A stretch of 64,000 nucleotides of DNA from positions 1-64,000 of the forward strand of contig JAAOMT010000630.1 in NCBI GenBank assembly GCA_016748015.1, given 5' to 3'. The notes under the pieces were generated by a model. It ran no database searches and was not told where the DNA came from. It saw nothing but the letters and a program-made list of their open reading frames with translations. The position numbers were made by a program, and so were the translations under genes. The stretch is from Geosiphon pyriformis uo1 (taxonomy: Eukaryota; Fungi; Glomeromycota). Shown in pieces: positions 51,016 through 64,000 of this stretch (the first letter of the stretch is position 1; each line of letters starts with the position of its first letter).

Positions 51016-54000
51016 TTATTATATAATTTTCTAATTACCAACAAAATTATTGTTAAAAGAACAAACAAAAATTCAAAAACAAACTAGATATTATTTGGTT
51101 AAAAACAATATACTATACCAATACTATTAACATAATCTACTTCAAGTAATTACTGAAACTAAGAAAAAAATTATTTTCTACAATATATATTTGGATCTAA
51201 ATACAAAACACTTTGCAAAAAAAGCCACAATTCAATAAACAATTAGTTAATACTATTGGTTAAAAATGTATGTTGATATTATTCAATATGTTTACAATTG
51301 TGATATATGTCAAAAAAAAAAAGATCAAAAGCAATCAAACTGTTATAACCTATTAAAATAGAAGAACTATTTGACAGAATAAAAATTGATCTAGTAGGAT
51401 CACTAACTATTACTACTAAAGAGAATTAATATATTGTAGTTTTTATGAACTACTTAACAAAATAGCCAGAAACAAAAGTTATTAAAACTGTAAATGCTAA
51501 ATCAGTTGCTGATTTTGTGTATAAAAATTTGATTTGTAAATATAGTTATTTAAAAAAGCTACTCTTAGATTAAGAAATCCACTTTGTAAACAATTTGTTT
51601 GCTAAAATTAGTCAACATTTTGGAATAAAACAATCTCTTTTATTACCTTATTATTTACAGACAAATAAATTGATAAAACATTTCAAAAAAATATTATGTG
51701 AATTACTAATAAAAATAAGCAATAAAATAAAACAAGAAGAAGATTTATTTATTTTTTCAGTTTTATTGGCTTATTAAATACTAAAACATAACACTATAAA
51801 ATTTACACTATTTGAATTAGCATATAAAAAGAATGTTACATTATCTATAGAACTAATAATAAACATCTACTTAATAGAACTAATAAATAAAAACAACTTA
51901 TAAAAAACTATTAAAAAATAGACTTATAAACTACTAAAAAAATTAAAGCAATTATTAATATACAACCAATTATATTAAGTACTTTTAAATACAACAAAAA
52001 GTTTAACACGATAACAAACTTTTAAAACAATCTATTGTTTACAAAATAAGAAACAAAGTTTTATTATATTAAACAAAAACAGAAAAACAATAAAGTAAGA
52101 AATTTAACAACAAATAAGACAGACTTTTTTATGTCTACAATATCTTGAATAATAGAGCATATAAGTTACATTTAGGCAATAAAATTCTGAAAAAAGTTGC
52201 ATATAGTAATTGATTAAAAATCTATTATTAACAAAAATCATTTAATCTGTTAATATTTAAATTAAAAACATATATACTAATTGTATTTCCTGATCAAATT
52301 TCACAAGACTTAGAGCCAATAATAATTATTGAACATTATTTAAAAGACAATTAATTTAATCAACCATATTTGAATTATTATTATTAATATTTAAAAAAAA
52401 ATTAAAACAAATTTTAAAATAATTAGAAAAATCAGAAATATCAAACTATTAAAAAAATTTTTAAAATTTTGATATATAAAAATAATTTATTTTAGTATTT
52501 ATTTATTATTTATTTTTATTATGAATATACTTGAAAATATTATAAATACTTTTTAACTTTTATTTTGGCTATTACAAAAAAATAATTTTCTATTAAAAAT
52601 TACCCTTAATAATTTTAAAATATTATATAAAAAAAATCCAGCCATGTAAAAAAACAAACAAACACAAATTGTTTTAATCCTTATTATAAGAAACAAAAAA
52701 ATACCAACACATTGATTAATAAAATCATAGAAAAATTCTAGTTTCTAAGAAGTACAATGCCCAAAAAAAAAATGAACTTAATTGCTTTCTTTTATTATAC
52801 ATACTTTATAATAGCCACACAATTAGATCTTTAAATAATTTACATTAAAAAAAATATCAAAAAATTGACAAAATAAAACTTTAGAAGTTTGAAAAATTAA
52901 CTAGAAAAGCCAATTCTAAGCACTATTTAAAAGCAGTATATTAACTTTATATGCTGTTTTAATATTGTTTAAAAGTATTGTTAACAAACAAAATAAACAT
53001 ATTTACTCTTATTAGAATTGAAAGACTTATTAACAACAAATTTTAGAACTTAAAAGAATAAATAATTTAAACAAATATACAAATTTTTATGTTAGACAGT
53101 AATATTGGAAAAATGCACATTAATTTTAACAAAACTTAATCTTAAGAAGAAAATAATATTACCCAATAAAAATTAACAAAAATTAAAAGTAATAATATTA
53201 TAATATATTAATTAATTATTAATAACAATATAAATAGCACAGATTAATAAATAAAATTAGAAAATATGATGTGCACATAATAACATACAAAATATGCACA
53301 AATGTGTCCAATTTAATATGATCATAAACAAATAAACCAAGAGGCACTTACAGTTAAATAAAAAACTTAATAGTTTAGCAATTACTTATTAATTAGTTAA
53401 AATAAACACAATTATATATAACTTAAAATATGTATATATACAATAGCTTTCTAATTAAAAAAATACAGACAAGAAAAAATAAAAATAAAGAACAAAAAAT
53501 CAATTAGACAAAATAAAAACAAAGAAAAAATAGAAGAATTGGATCATAATTCTAAGAAAAGCTAAACAGTATATCATTTAAGCTTTGCATTATAATATCC
53601 ACTAATACTAAGATTAATGGAATTAAAAACCATCTATTTTTATAATTTGGTTTCTTGTGAACAACCAAAAAAGCCACTACTTCTTTTCTACTATTGTTTT
53701 TTTGTTAAGAAAAAACAACAATAGAAACATTCAATACACCAATAAAAACATAAATGAGACTCAAGCTTAACAAGATTGAAAACACATTAAAAAAATATTA
53801 AATACATAAAATCACTTAGAAAATACTTGTAATATCTTGGCCAAAATTAGCAGTTGACTTAAAAATCTGAAACAAACTTTCTATATTTTTGGAAAAATAA
53901 TCTTTAATTAAAATTATTTTATGAATATTAATTTTGTTGAATTCTACTTTTTATTTTAATTTTTTTTGAATTTATTAAAAATAAGACACTATTTTATTAT

Positions 54001-54187
54001 AAATAAAAAAATACAGACATTATATATTAGCATGAAATAAAAAAAGTATTTCTGCAAAAGCTTTAAGAAAAAACATAATTAAAAGTATAGAAATATGACA
54101 GAAATTCTTTTTAGAAGACTAGTATAACAGTGATTATTAACAGTAATTTTAACAGAAATATTATGTCACATATTAAATTCAATAACA
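51016..54187 (+). mobile_element. Old element F, right part: integrase, ORF3 remnant, 3' LTR from ~53157 (right end uncertain)
   Basis: IDLVGSL, NYLTK, YYLQTNKLIKHF; TATTACCC LTR start after a purine tract; extremely AT-rich. Confidence 0.65.
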
Positions 54188-54515
54188 AAAACACTTACCA
54201 AAAAAAATTATCTAATACCTATTAAGAAGTTAGAAAAACTTATTAAGCTAATTTTCAGATCTTTAAATAAAAGAATAGTAGTATATTAAATAAGAATTTA
54301 GCATAAATTAAAAATAATGATAATTAAGACTAATATATTTATTCTTATATTAAAATAGATAATTCATTATATTATTACTTAATCTAAAAAGCCATAGAAA
54401 TTAATCATAATATCACCACTAAAAGAAAGAAAAAACACTAATAATACTGTATAAAAAATATAATATAATGTTTTAATAGAAAATTTTTTGAACAAATTAA
54501 CTTTAAATTATAGTG

Positions 54516-56370
54516 TTTTTTTAATAAGTGCAGTTTAACTATTATCTAGTACATAAAAACAAATTAAGTAGTTTAAACTATATATAATTTATGTACTTAT
54601 TATATGTAATTGGCTATTTAAGCCAATTAAAACAATACTATACACTTATATTAACTTCAAAACCATTATTTAAACTAAAAAAAAACAAGTAAGCTTTGTG
54701 TAATCCAAAATTAATAGTAAAAAATTCAATAATACTAAGCAAATAAACTATTTTGTTGACAAAAAACTAGACAAACTACTATATATTATAGATAACACTT
54801 TTATATTACCAACAAAGTCATATTTTTTTATATTAATTTTTTATTTTATCTTAAAATTTCACAATTTATTATAATGTTTCTTAATCAAATATTAGACAAA
54901 ATCAGTTACTAACAAAACAGCTTTTTTTATTTTTAATTACTAGTGCCATCTTATTAATTTAGTCTTTAAAAACAAACTCTTTATATATAATTTTATAAAT
55001 ACTTATATTTAATTTCCTTAAAAAGAGAATATATAATATTAAAAATAATAATATAAAACAAGAATTTACCAATAATTTCTACAACTTAACATAATTCAAC
55101 AAGATTTTAGAATACACAGAGACATTTTTTGGACAAGTGAAAACATATTTAGGCAGTTTAATATTATTACAAAACAAGTACAGCATACTTAAATAATTTT
55201 TGTTATAGAGTCTTTTTTTAATCACAATAGGCAGTTTTCTATGAATTGTTTTTATAAAATATGTGCAAAAAGCTGTTAAATATTTGCTAATAAATTCAAA
55301 AAGCATATAAAAGTTCAGATATTAAACCAAAACAGTATAATATCAATTAATATTCTAAATAAATAACTCTTATAAAATTTTTACATCTGAATCTGCTTTT
55401 TATTAAATATGACAAAACTATACTATATTACTTATAAAAACATTATTTTAGTTATTGTCAGTATTTTTTAAATGGCTTTTAACTTTTACTTATATAACAA
55501 AAATGTTTTTTGATTTGATTAAATTAGTCATATGCTATCTTTTAACCCAATATTTACTTCAGAAATCAGATGCATAAAACATAAACTCCAAAACACATAT
55601 ATTTATGATAATTTGGCTGTTTATATACAGAATTATTGAACAAAAAAAAATACATTTTAATATTAAAGCAATAATCTATAATTCTAATATTGTTAATAAT
55701 AACAACTCAAATATCTTGACATTTAAACTCACTTTAACATTAAAAAAATAAGCTGCTGCTTTACTTATCATGTTTACAATATTCAAGTCTCTTAACAAAT
55801 TATTAGTGTACACATTAATTATCTCTGTTTATAATTTATGTAAACATTTTTAAATATTCAGAAATTTTTTTAAGCTAAAAAAATTTGAACAACCAAATTT
55901 AAGATTACTTTTAACAAATTTAACAGAAAAACTGTTCATATAAACTAAAGCTTTTACAAATCATACTTTTTAAATTCAGTTTTTTCTAACAACAAAAAGT
56001 TTTTTAATTTATGACTGAACTATATTTACCTAACAACCTATTACTAAAAACAATACCAAGTTATTTTAAAGATTAAACCATATTAAAATAACAAAAATTA
56101 CTTAGTATTAAATATTAAAAAGTGGTTAGGAGAATAGAAAAAAATAACTCATTTACCAAAAATATTTTGTTGTTCAAAAGAATTCTTATTATGCTAGCCA
56201 AAAAATTGTTCATAGAACTGACTCTTAATCTGATCAGAAATTATAATAGGTTTTTAAACACTTATTCTGCAATTAGTAAATCCAAAAAGCAGATGTAAAC
56301 AAATAATTAAAAATTTCTATTGCATTAAAAACCAAATCAATAAACCCATACAACAGAAATTAGTAAATTA
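54516..56370 (-). mobile_element. LINE 3' remnant b (RNase H, zinc finger, 3' UTR)
   Basis: HRKLPIVIKKRLYNK...YVFTC; decayed YTDGS...AAAYF...ELQAI RNase H motifs; same 3' UTR as LINE a. Confidence 0.7.
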
Positions 56371-56897
56371 TTAATATAAGAAAAATATTTTTAATCTTTT
56401 AATTATTGTTTTATTGTTATTAATAAAAATATTATTAATCTTAAAAAAGTTATTTGTAATATTCAAAATGTGTTAAACAACAGCTTGACTATTTTTAATT
56501 CAAATATTGTTATTTAAATAGTATTTTAAAATTTTAAATTGTCATTAATACTAAGTTTTTATAAATTAATTAATTAATTATCTTATTAAATGATTAAAAA
56601 AATCATTAAAATTGTTGTTTTTTTAAAATTCAATAACAAATATTGATCATTTTTAATATGGTTAATTAAACTAACTAAATTATATATATTGTTTTTTTCT
56701 AAATTTTATTACGAATCAAAATCACCTAATTGATGCGAAGTGGTGATGTGTGAAATCTCAATCAAGAAATTTTTATAAGAAAGATCTGTGGCAAGAAAAT
56801 AAAGGCTGATATAAAAGAATCAATTACTAACATATAGAGCTTTATTGCTAAAAATAATTTTAGTCTCAAGAACTAAATTAACTGGATAACTATCCAA

Positions 56898-59800
56898 TTA
56901 TATTTGACTATCGCCCAACATGTCGTCGTGGTCTTCGCTGTCAATGGCCATCGCATCAGAATTCTCTGAAGCACCATGGTTTCTTTTGACCAAGATATCT
57001 CTATTGTCAGGGGTCACAGTGACATCTGCAGTTTCTCCATTACGAATTCCACCGTCTTTGGAATATTATGCACCGATTGAATGAATACAAATTAATAGTT
57101 AAAAAAGGAATAGTTGGGACAGCCAATGGGTAAAGGCAATAATACGTACCAAGGAGAAGTCTACTCAATGGATTCAAAATTTTATGTTTGATTAACCTTG
57201 TAAGAGGTCGAGCTCCATAGATAGGATCATAACCATTTTCTCCGAGCCATTCCAAAGCTTTCTCGTCGAGCCGCAAAGTGATCCGACGATCTTCAAGACG
57301 TTTTGTAGTTCGCTCAATTTGCAATTTGACGATTTCTCGAATATCTGTTTTATATAAATAGTTCTGAGAATAAGTTTGAATTCATAATCAAATGAAGGGA
57401 TCTTGGTAAATAGAATCTAACTAAGTGTTTAAACTTACGTTCACGTCCAAGCGGCGTGAATATAATTATTTCATCTAATCTATTCAAAAATTCTGGGCGA
57501 AAATGTCGTCTTACATCAGCCATGACTGCTGCTTTAGTATTCGAATCAATCGGATTTGTGGTCAGATTATAATCTCCCAAATTACTTAAAATGAAAGAAA
57601 GTTAGAACTCAAAGTAAGGTGGATATAATTTTTTGGTCAAACAGCTTTTCTCAATAATTGTTACCTTGTCATAATGATAACAGTATTGCTAAAATCAACA
57701 TGGCGGCCCTGGCCATCAGTGAGACGACCATCATCTAAAACTTGTAGTAGTATGTTCAATACTTGGACATGCGCCTTTTCAACTTCGTCAAATAATACTA
57801 CACTATATGGACGTCTACGAACGGCTTCTGTGAGTTGGCCACCTTCCTCATGGCCCACATAGCCTGGTGGAGCACCAATCATGCGGGAAACCGAGTGTGA
57901 TTCCATATATTCTGACATATCTATCCTAATCATAAATTTTTCATCATCAAAGAGCTCTTGAGCAAGAGCCTTGCTAAGTTCTGTTTTTCCAACACCAGTT
58001 GGGCCCAAAAACAAGAAACTTCCCAGGGGTTGGTTTTCCCTCGCTAATCCAGCACGACTTCTGAGAACAGCATCTGCAACTGCTTGAACAGCTTCGTCTT
58101 GCCCAATTACTCTTTTGTGAAGCGATTCAGCTAAAGTAAGCAGCCTTTCAGCTTGACTCTTTGAGAGTCGTGATAATGGGATTCCTGTCCATCGAGAAAC
58201 TACTTCCATAATTTGTTCTGGACCAACCACATCGGTAAGAAGATGTTCATCAGGCAAGGAATTTGGATTTGCTGCTCTTTCTTCATCTTGTCTAGTTTTC
58301 TCGGAGGACAATACCTGAATTCTTTGTTCCACTTCGGGAATTGCGTAATAACGAAGGTCTGCTGCTTTATCAACCATATAATTACGTTCAGCCTCCTCAG
58401 CTTTTGCACGCAAATCATCGAGCTTTTGCTTTAGCTGACGTAACTTATCCAGCCGACTTTTATCAAATTCGTATTTAGCTTTGAGTGGCCTTAACTTCTC
58501 TTGAATCGCGGCCATTTCTTCCTTTACCTTATCCAATCTTTGTCGACTTGCTTCGTCTTTTTCTTTGGCAAGAGCTGTAGCTTCTACTTCTAATTGAAGA
58601 TGACGTCTCTCCAACTGATCAATTATTTCAGGTCGAGAGTCGAGCTGCACACGAGTATTGGCACAGGCTTCGTCCATTAAATCAATTGCTTTGTCTGGCA
58701 AAAATCTACTTGTAATATATCGAGCTGATAATTGAGCCGCAGCCACAAGGGCGGCATCCTGAATTTTGACACCGTGGTGAGATTCATAACGCTCCTTAAG
58801 TCCCCGTAAAATACTAATAGTATCAACCACCGAAGGTTCTCCGACTAAAACTTGTTGAAAACGACGCTCAAAAGCTGCATCTTTTTCCACATATTTGCGA
58901 TATTCATTCAAGGTTGTAGCTCCAATACATCGTAATTCACCACGAGCCAACATTGGTTTGAGAAGGTTAGCAGCATCCATGGATCCTTCACCTTTACCAG
59001 CTCCAAGAACTAAATGAATTTCATCAATGAACAGTATAATTCCTTCTTGAGAATCTTTTACTTCTTTCAACACAGATTTCAATCGTTCTTCGAATTCACC
59101 ACGATACTTGGCACCGGCTATACAGTAAAATTTTAATATTATACCATCATTTAATGATAAGAAATCAAATTGAATAGATGGATAATAGTTTAGACAAACT
59201 TACCAATGAGAGCACCCATGTCTAATGAGAAGAGTTTACAGTCAAGAGTACGTGGAACATCTTTTCTAACAATGCGATGGGCAAGACCCTATAATCATAC
59301 CAAAAATGAGAAAGTCATTTTTCAATTTCACAATATCTTATTGAGACCTTTGAAATACCTCAACAATAGCTGTTTTACCGACACCTGGCTCGCCAATCAA
59401 TACAGGATTATTCTGTAATAAGATTAAGTATTATTGATTGCGGATTTTCATACTACAATTCTAAATCTTAATTCTGGCTAACCTTTGTTCTGCGAGACAA
59501 GACACGAATAACCCGACGAATCTCATCATCTCGCCCAATTACTGGATCCAGCTTTCCACTTTTTGCCATTTCAATGAGGTCAATAGCGTATTTGCTAAGA
59601 GCTTCGTAATTCTCATCTGAGCTCTTCGATTCAACGCGTCGATTGCTATTATTTTTGGAAAATCACCAGAGCTAGTGAGATTCTTTCACTGAAGGACATG
59701 TATTTGACTTGCAGCGATGTGGCTATCGAATTCTATTATTTTCTAGAAAATAGGTCAATTTCTTCATATGATCATAAGTGTAACGTGGTTGTTGAGGTAT

Positions 59801-60289
59801 ATACAGTTATACACATAGATGGCTTAAGGAAGTCGATATTGATTATAATTACCCTCTAATTTGAGTGATTGCAATTTCCAGGGTTTTTTTGGTCACTCCA
59901 GCCTCCACAAGTGCTTGCAAGGATTGGGGATCTTCAGTCAAAGCGAGAATAAGGTGATCTTGGGAAATATAAGTATCTTTCTGACGTTGTTGGATATCAT
60001 GAGCAGCTCGAATGACTTTACTGGTTTGTGGGCTTAGAGATAGATCTGTAGGTGGGGGGTCTTGAGAAGGTAGTCTAACACAAATCTTTTTAAAGTTCCT
60101 TTCGGCTGCGGCAGGATCGCCGCCTGCTTTGTTGATTAAACTTTTAAAGAGAGATTCGCCTTCACTATCGTCGAAAAGAGCAACAGCTATGTGAGCTGGA
60201 GCAAGCTGAACATGAGAATGCTCCTTAGCATTATTAAAAGCATTCGCAATTATTTTTTCGGCCTTATCAGTAAAATTATAGTTGTTCAT
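56898..60289 (-). CDS. HSP104: Hsp104/ClpB AAA+ disaggregase, multi-exon
   Basis: Clp-N domain, [30 protein letters not shown]-domain, [32 protein letters not shown]; GT-AG introns. Confidence 0.96.
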
Positions 60290-60672
60290 TTTGGTATTCA
60301 AATGAGGAAAATTTCGTGCATAATATTTAATTGGTAATTCGCCTGGGAATGATAATCAATCTATTAATACTGCGCGACGCAGATCAATAATGCGCAAACC
60401 AAAACAGCCTTGTTATACTCAAAGACAACTTGATCACACGACTAGCCATGTGCACATGAAAATCACATTATTTGACAACCTGGAACCTCAGGTGACTACT
60501 TTTACAAAATTCAGAATGTAGCTACTTTTCTAACAAAAGCTTTATTTGACGTGAAATGGCATTTGTGGTTCCAAATGTAAGAATTAAGTTTACGATTTTG
60601 AAGGTAAATTTATTGGTTTTCACCGTGAAGTTAACTTTTTCAAGTCCAGAAACATGCAAAAGACTCGACTTA

Positions 60673-62038
60673 TCACTTTGACTCACTTTCACATTGCTCA
60701 TTTTTGACCCCAACTACCATCGAAGAGCTTTCACTTGAATTCGACTGCAATGCTGTTCTAGTTGCCTGTGCCAAAAATGATTTGTTATATCGTGATATCC
60801 ACCCTTGAATTGTTGAGATTTTTGGTACTTCATCTGGTTCCAGTTCACCATTATCTGCAAATTCTTTCAACCTATTATTCATCTCTTTAGCTGTCATCCG
60901 ATCTTCAGCATGTATATTTCCAAGCAAGAACATTTGTTCAAGCATTTGTTTGATTGCATCCGACATTCGTTTGCCTCCACCTCGATTACCGAATACCGCG
61001 TTNNNNNNNNNNNNNNNNNNNNNNNNNNNNNNNNNNNNNNNNNNNNNNNNNNNNNNNNNNNNNNNNNNNNNNNNNNNNNNNNNNNNNNNNNNNNNNNNNN
61101 NNNNNNNNNNNNNNNNNNNNNNNNNNNNNNNNNNNNNNNNNNNNNNNNNNNNNNNNNNNNNNNNNNNNNNNNNNNNNNNNNNNNNNNNNNNNNNNNNNNN
61201 NNNNNNNNNNNNNNNNNNNNNNNNNNNNNNNNNNNNNNNNNNNNNNNNNNNNNNNNNNNNNNNNNNNNNNNNNNNNNNNNNNNNNNNNNNNNNNNNNNNN
61301 NNNNNNNNNNNNNNNNNNNNNNNNNNNNNNNNNNNNNNNNNNNNNNNNNNNNNNNNNNNNNNNNNNNNNNNNNNNNNNNNNNNNNNNNNNNNNNNNNNNN
61401 NNNNNNNNNNNNNNNNNNNNNNNNNNNNNNNNNNNNNNNNNNNNNNNNNNNNNNNNNNNNNNNNNNNNNNNNNNNNNNNNNNNNNNNNATCAAGAATAAA
61501 TGTGTTACCATTTATTTGTTGTAGTGCCAGAGTTCTTTGACCTTTTTTTGTTAACACAGATGAAATAAAGCCATCAGTTCCAGAAGTCCCAATTGTCGAT
61601 ACAACTACTATATTTTTTCCAATCTTAAGAAAAATAGGTCTGAATATGACTCCAATTAATATCTTTTCGACTATATTGTTATCATTGAAACCAAGAGCAG
61701 CTGGTCCAGAGTATGCTGTTTTTTTTTCCAAAAATATTATGATATACATTATTAATTGCTTTAGATGAAGTTGGAAAAATCTTACTAGTTTCACTTCCAC
61801 TAGTACAAACAAATCCTGGTTGTAATGGATTTTCCTCATTTTGAACAACTGTTATAATAAATTGACGTTGATTGAGCACACTGCTAACACGCATATAGAG
61901 TCGGTATGGTATAGATAAAGAAGTAGTATTGTCATTTTCTAACCACCGGGGCACCCACCAATTACGAGCATAAGGACCATAGTTTTTAAAGGTAAGTTTT
62001 GCATGTTTAATAGTAGTTGTAAGAACCAGAATTGGCAT
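60673..62038 (-). CDS. Large uncharacterised, probably transposase-like protein; N- and C-terminal parts separated by an assembly gap, with one frameshift in a homopolymer (~61720)
   Basis: ORFs 61682-62038 and 60673-61848 join across an A10 run. The N-part has an FYRC-like pattern (PGFVC...SSKAI...SGPAALGF); the C-part is FGNRGGGKRM...PKISTIQGWISRY. The family assignment is from recall only. Confidence 0.5.
61003..61488. other. Assembly gap (N run)
   Basis: 486 N characters. Confidence 1.
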
Positions 62039-62235
62039 TTATACTTGAGAATTTTTCACTAATTAAATAGACGTCACATTTTTCTATTTAATGTTGATCA
62101 TTTTATACTCCTAACTGGCAAATTATCAATCAAGGTCTGGTATTTAATTGCGTAATTGGAGCCAATCACAGAAGTCTATCAAACCCATTTTGTCGTATTA
62201 AACAACTTAATAATCTCAGTTCTCATACAAGTGTA

Positions 62236-63968
62236 ATGGATTTATTGAAGGCTGAAATTGATAAGAAACGTAAGATTTTTGAGGCAGTTCACGCCGATGA
62301 GGGTCCCAAAAAAAAGAAATATGTTCGCCGTGCAGATCTTGAAAAAGTAAGAGAACAACAATATTTGGAAAAACAAGCAGAGCAGCACCGAAAACGTCAG
62401 GTAGCTAGGTAACACTCGTTTAGTCAAATTCCCATAATCCATAGATAATGGAAGTTCCGAAATTTTTTCTTATAGGAAAAACAATCAGAGAAAAGTCGCA
62501 TGGTAAACGCTTTATTTTCTCATTATTTTTATCGCATCCTCAACTTACCTTTGAATCATTTCGATGTTAACCGAAAATTTATAGTTTACATCAATTTCTG
62601 AACAAGAAAAGCCTGAAAGATCAACCTCTGATGGCGAGGTTCCGAAAGATGAGGTAAGCTACACAAAAACGAAAATTTTGTCTTTTAATTTATTCAAGAT
62701 TCTCTATGTTATTTTATTAGGAGGAAATAAGTGATGCCTTTAACATAATGCCCGAAGAGGTGATACGTCGTCTTCGCGCTAAGGGGCAACCAATACGCCT
62801 TTTTGGTGAGACTGATAAAGAAAGAAAAATTCGTTTGCGTGCCATTGAATTAATTGAAGAACGATCAGAAGTGAGATTGTGACCCTTTTGTAGTATTATT
62901 TTATTCCGCAGATCTAATAAAAATTATTAATGATAGGGCCAACGCAATGACTTTATGAGAACATTGGAAGAGATGGAAACTGGTCTTGATTTGGAAGCAC
63001 TTAAAAAACAACTAGATCATGTAAATGAAGAACAGAGTGGCATTTCATCGAAAAAGAAGATCATCGAGGATTCAGCACTGGTATTGTTTATGTCTTCATT
63101 AATAGGTATTTTTAATTATGGGAAAGATTTTTCTGCTTACTCTAGTTTTCTTTCCCAGGATACGTCTTTGATCAGCATAGATCTTTTAGATAAGGACCCA
63201 GATAAACTCTACGTTCTTATATATACTTTTTTCAAGGTAAATCACAAAATAGTCGCTAAAACTTGGGATTGTAAAATCCTTATAAATTATGTTATTTATA
63301 GCGACTTCTACGAGAATGGGAACAAGAGATGAATAATCGTCCGGATAACATTAAGAGAAGTACTCAAGGAAAATTGGCAGCAGCCATTCAACGACAGACC
63401 AATGAATATTTACAACCTTTTTTCAGATTGCTTAAAAAGAAAGTAAGTAATTTCAAAAAAGGAAACACAATATTTAGTCGATTTTTTTCTAATTGACTGC
63501 AATATCATTGGGCGTAGTCGATTGAACCTGATGTGCTTGCACGTGTCACTGAGATCTCGCATTTTATGCAAAAGCGAGAGTATATAAATGCAAGTGACGC
63601 GTATTTACGGCTATCGATTGGTAATGCTCCATGGCCAATTGGTATGTAGAGATATCAAAATTTTATGTATCCTTAACTTCAGCATTGGCTCAATTTTTAA
63701 TATTTATTTTTTCAAATAGGAGTTACTATGGTTGGGTGAATATTAAAAAAATTTGAACAGTTCAAAATCTTGAATATATGGAAACGACATTAATATGATT
63801 TTTTTTAGTATTCATGAACGGTCAGCTCGGGAAAAAATTTTTTCAGCACAAGTGGCTCATGTTTTAAACGATGAAACGACCAGAAAGTGGATTCAATCCA
63901 TCAAACGATTGTTAAGTTTTTGTCAGACTAAATATCCCCCAGATGATAACGCTCAATTGATGGGCTGA
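62236..63968 (+). CDS. PRP18: Pre-mRNA splicing factor 18, multi-exon
   Basis: MDLLKAEI, PRP4-like [63 protein letters not shown]. Confidence 0.94.
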
Positions 63969-64000
63969 CATGTGGTCTGTTAGAGTCATTTATATCTAGT

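Noticed and set aside
60894-61540. Several long ORFs in the supplied track
   Set aside because: Artefacts of translating the N gap.

Overview
Eukaryotic, AT-rich fungal DNA with short GT-AG introns. The repeat content resembles Glomeromycotina (Geosiphon-like); this is an inference from recall, not a search result. About three quarters of the window is nested, decayed retrotransposons in two blocks (1-32 kb and 37-56.5 kb). These include Ty3/Gypsy LTR elements (labelled X, A-F here; C and E are complete with paired LTRs and 4-bp TSDs), three copies of a ~2.3-kb non-LTR element encoding only a LINE ORF1-like protein (L1-L3), and two 3' remnants of an RNase H-bearing LINE. Two islands carry intact host genes: MIOX plus a TFIIIC subunit 6 (GTF3C6/Tfc7)-like gene, and HSP104 plus PRP18, with a transposase-like ORF broken by an N-gap between the latter pair. 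Three observations stand out. (i) The Gypsy elements use a three-cistron layout: gag-PR-Cys-rich-[dUTPase]-RT-RH, then a stop, a separate ATG-initiated integrase ORF, and a conserved non-Env ORF3. (ii) The ORF1-only elements share a structured 3' tail with the autonomous LINE, suggesting a HAL1-like partner system. (iii) Repeats, but not genes, show near-exclusive G:C>A:T decay. All domain calls come from motif reading; no database searches were run.
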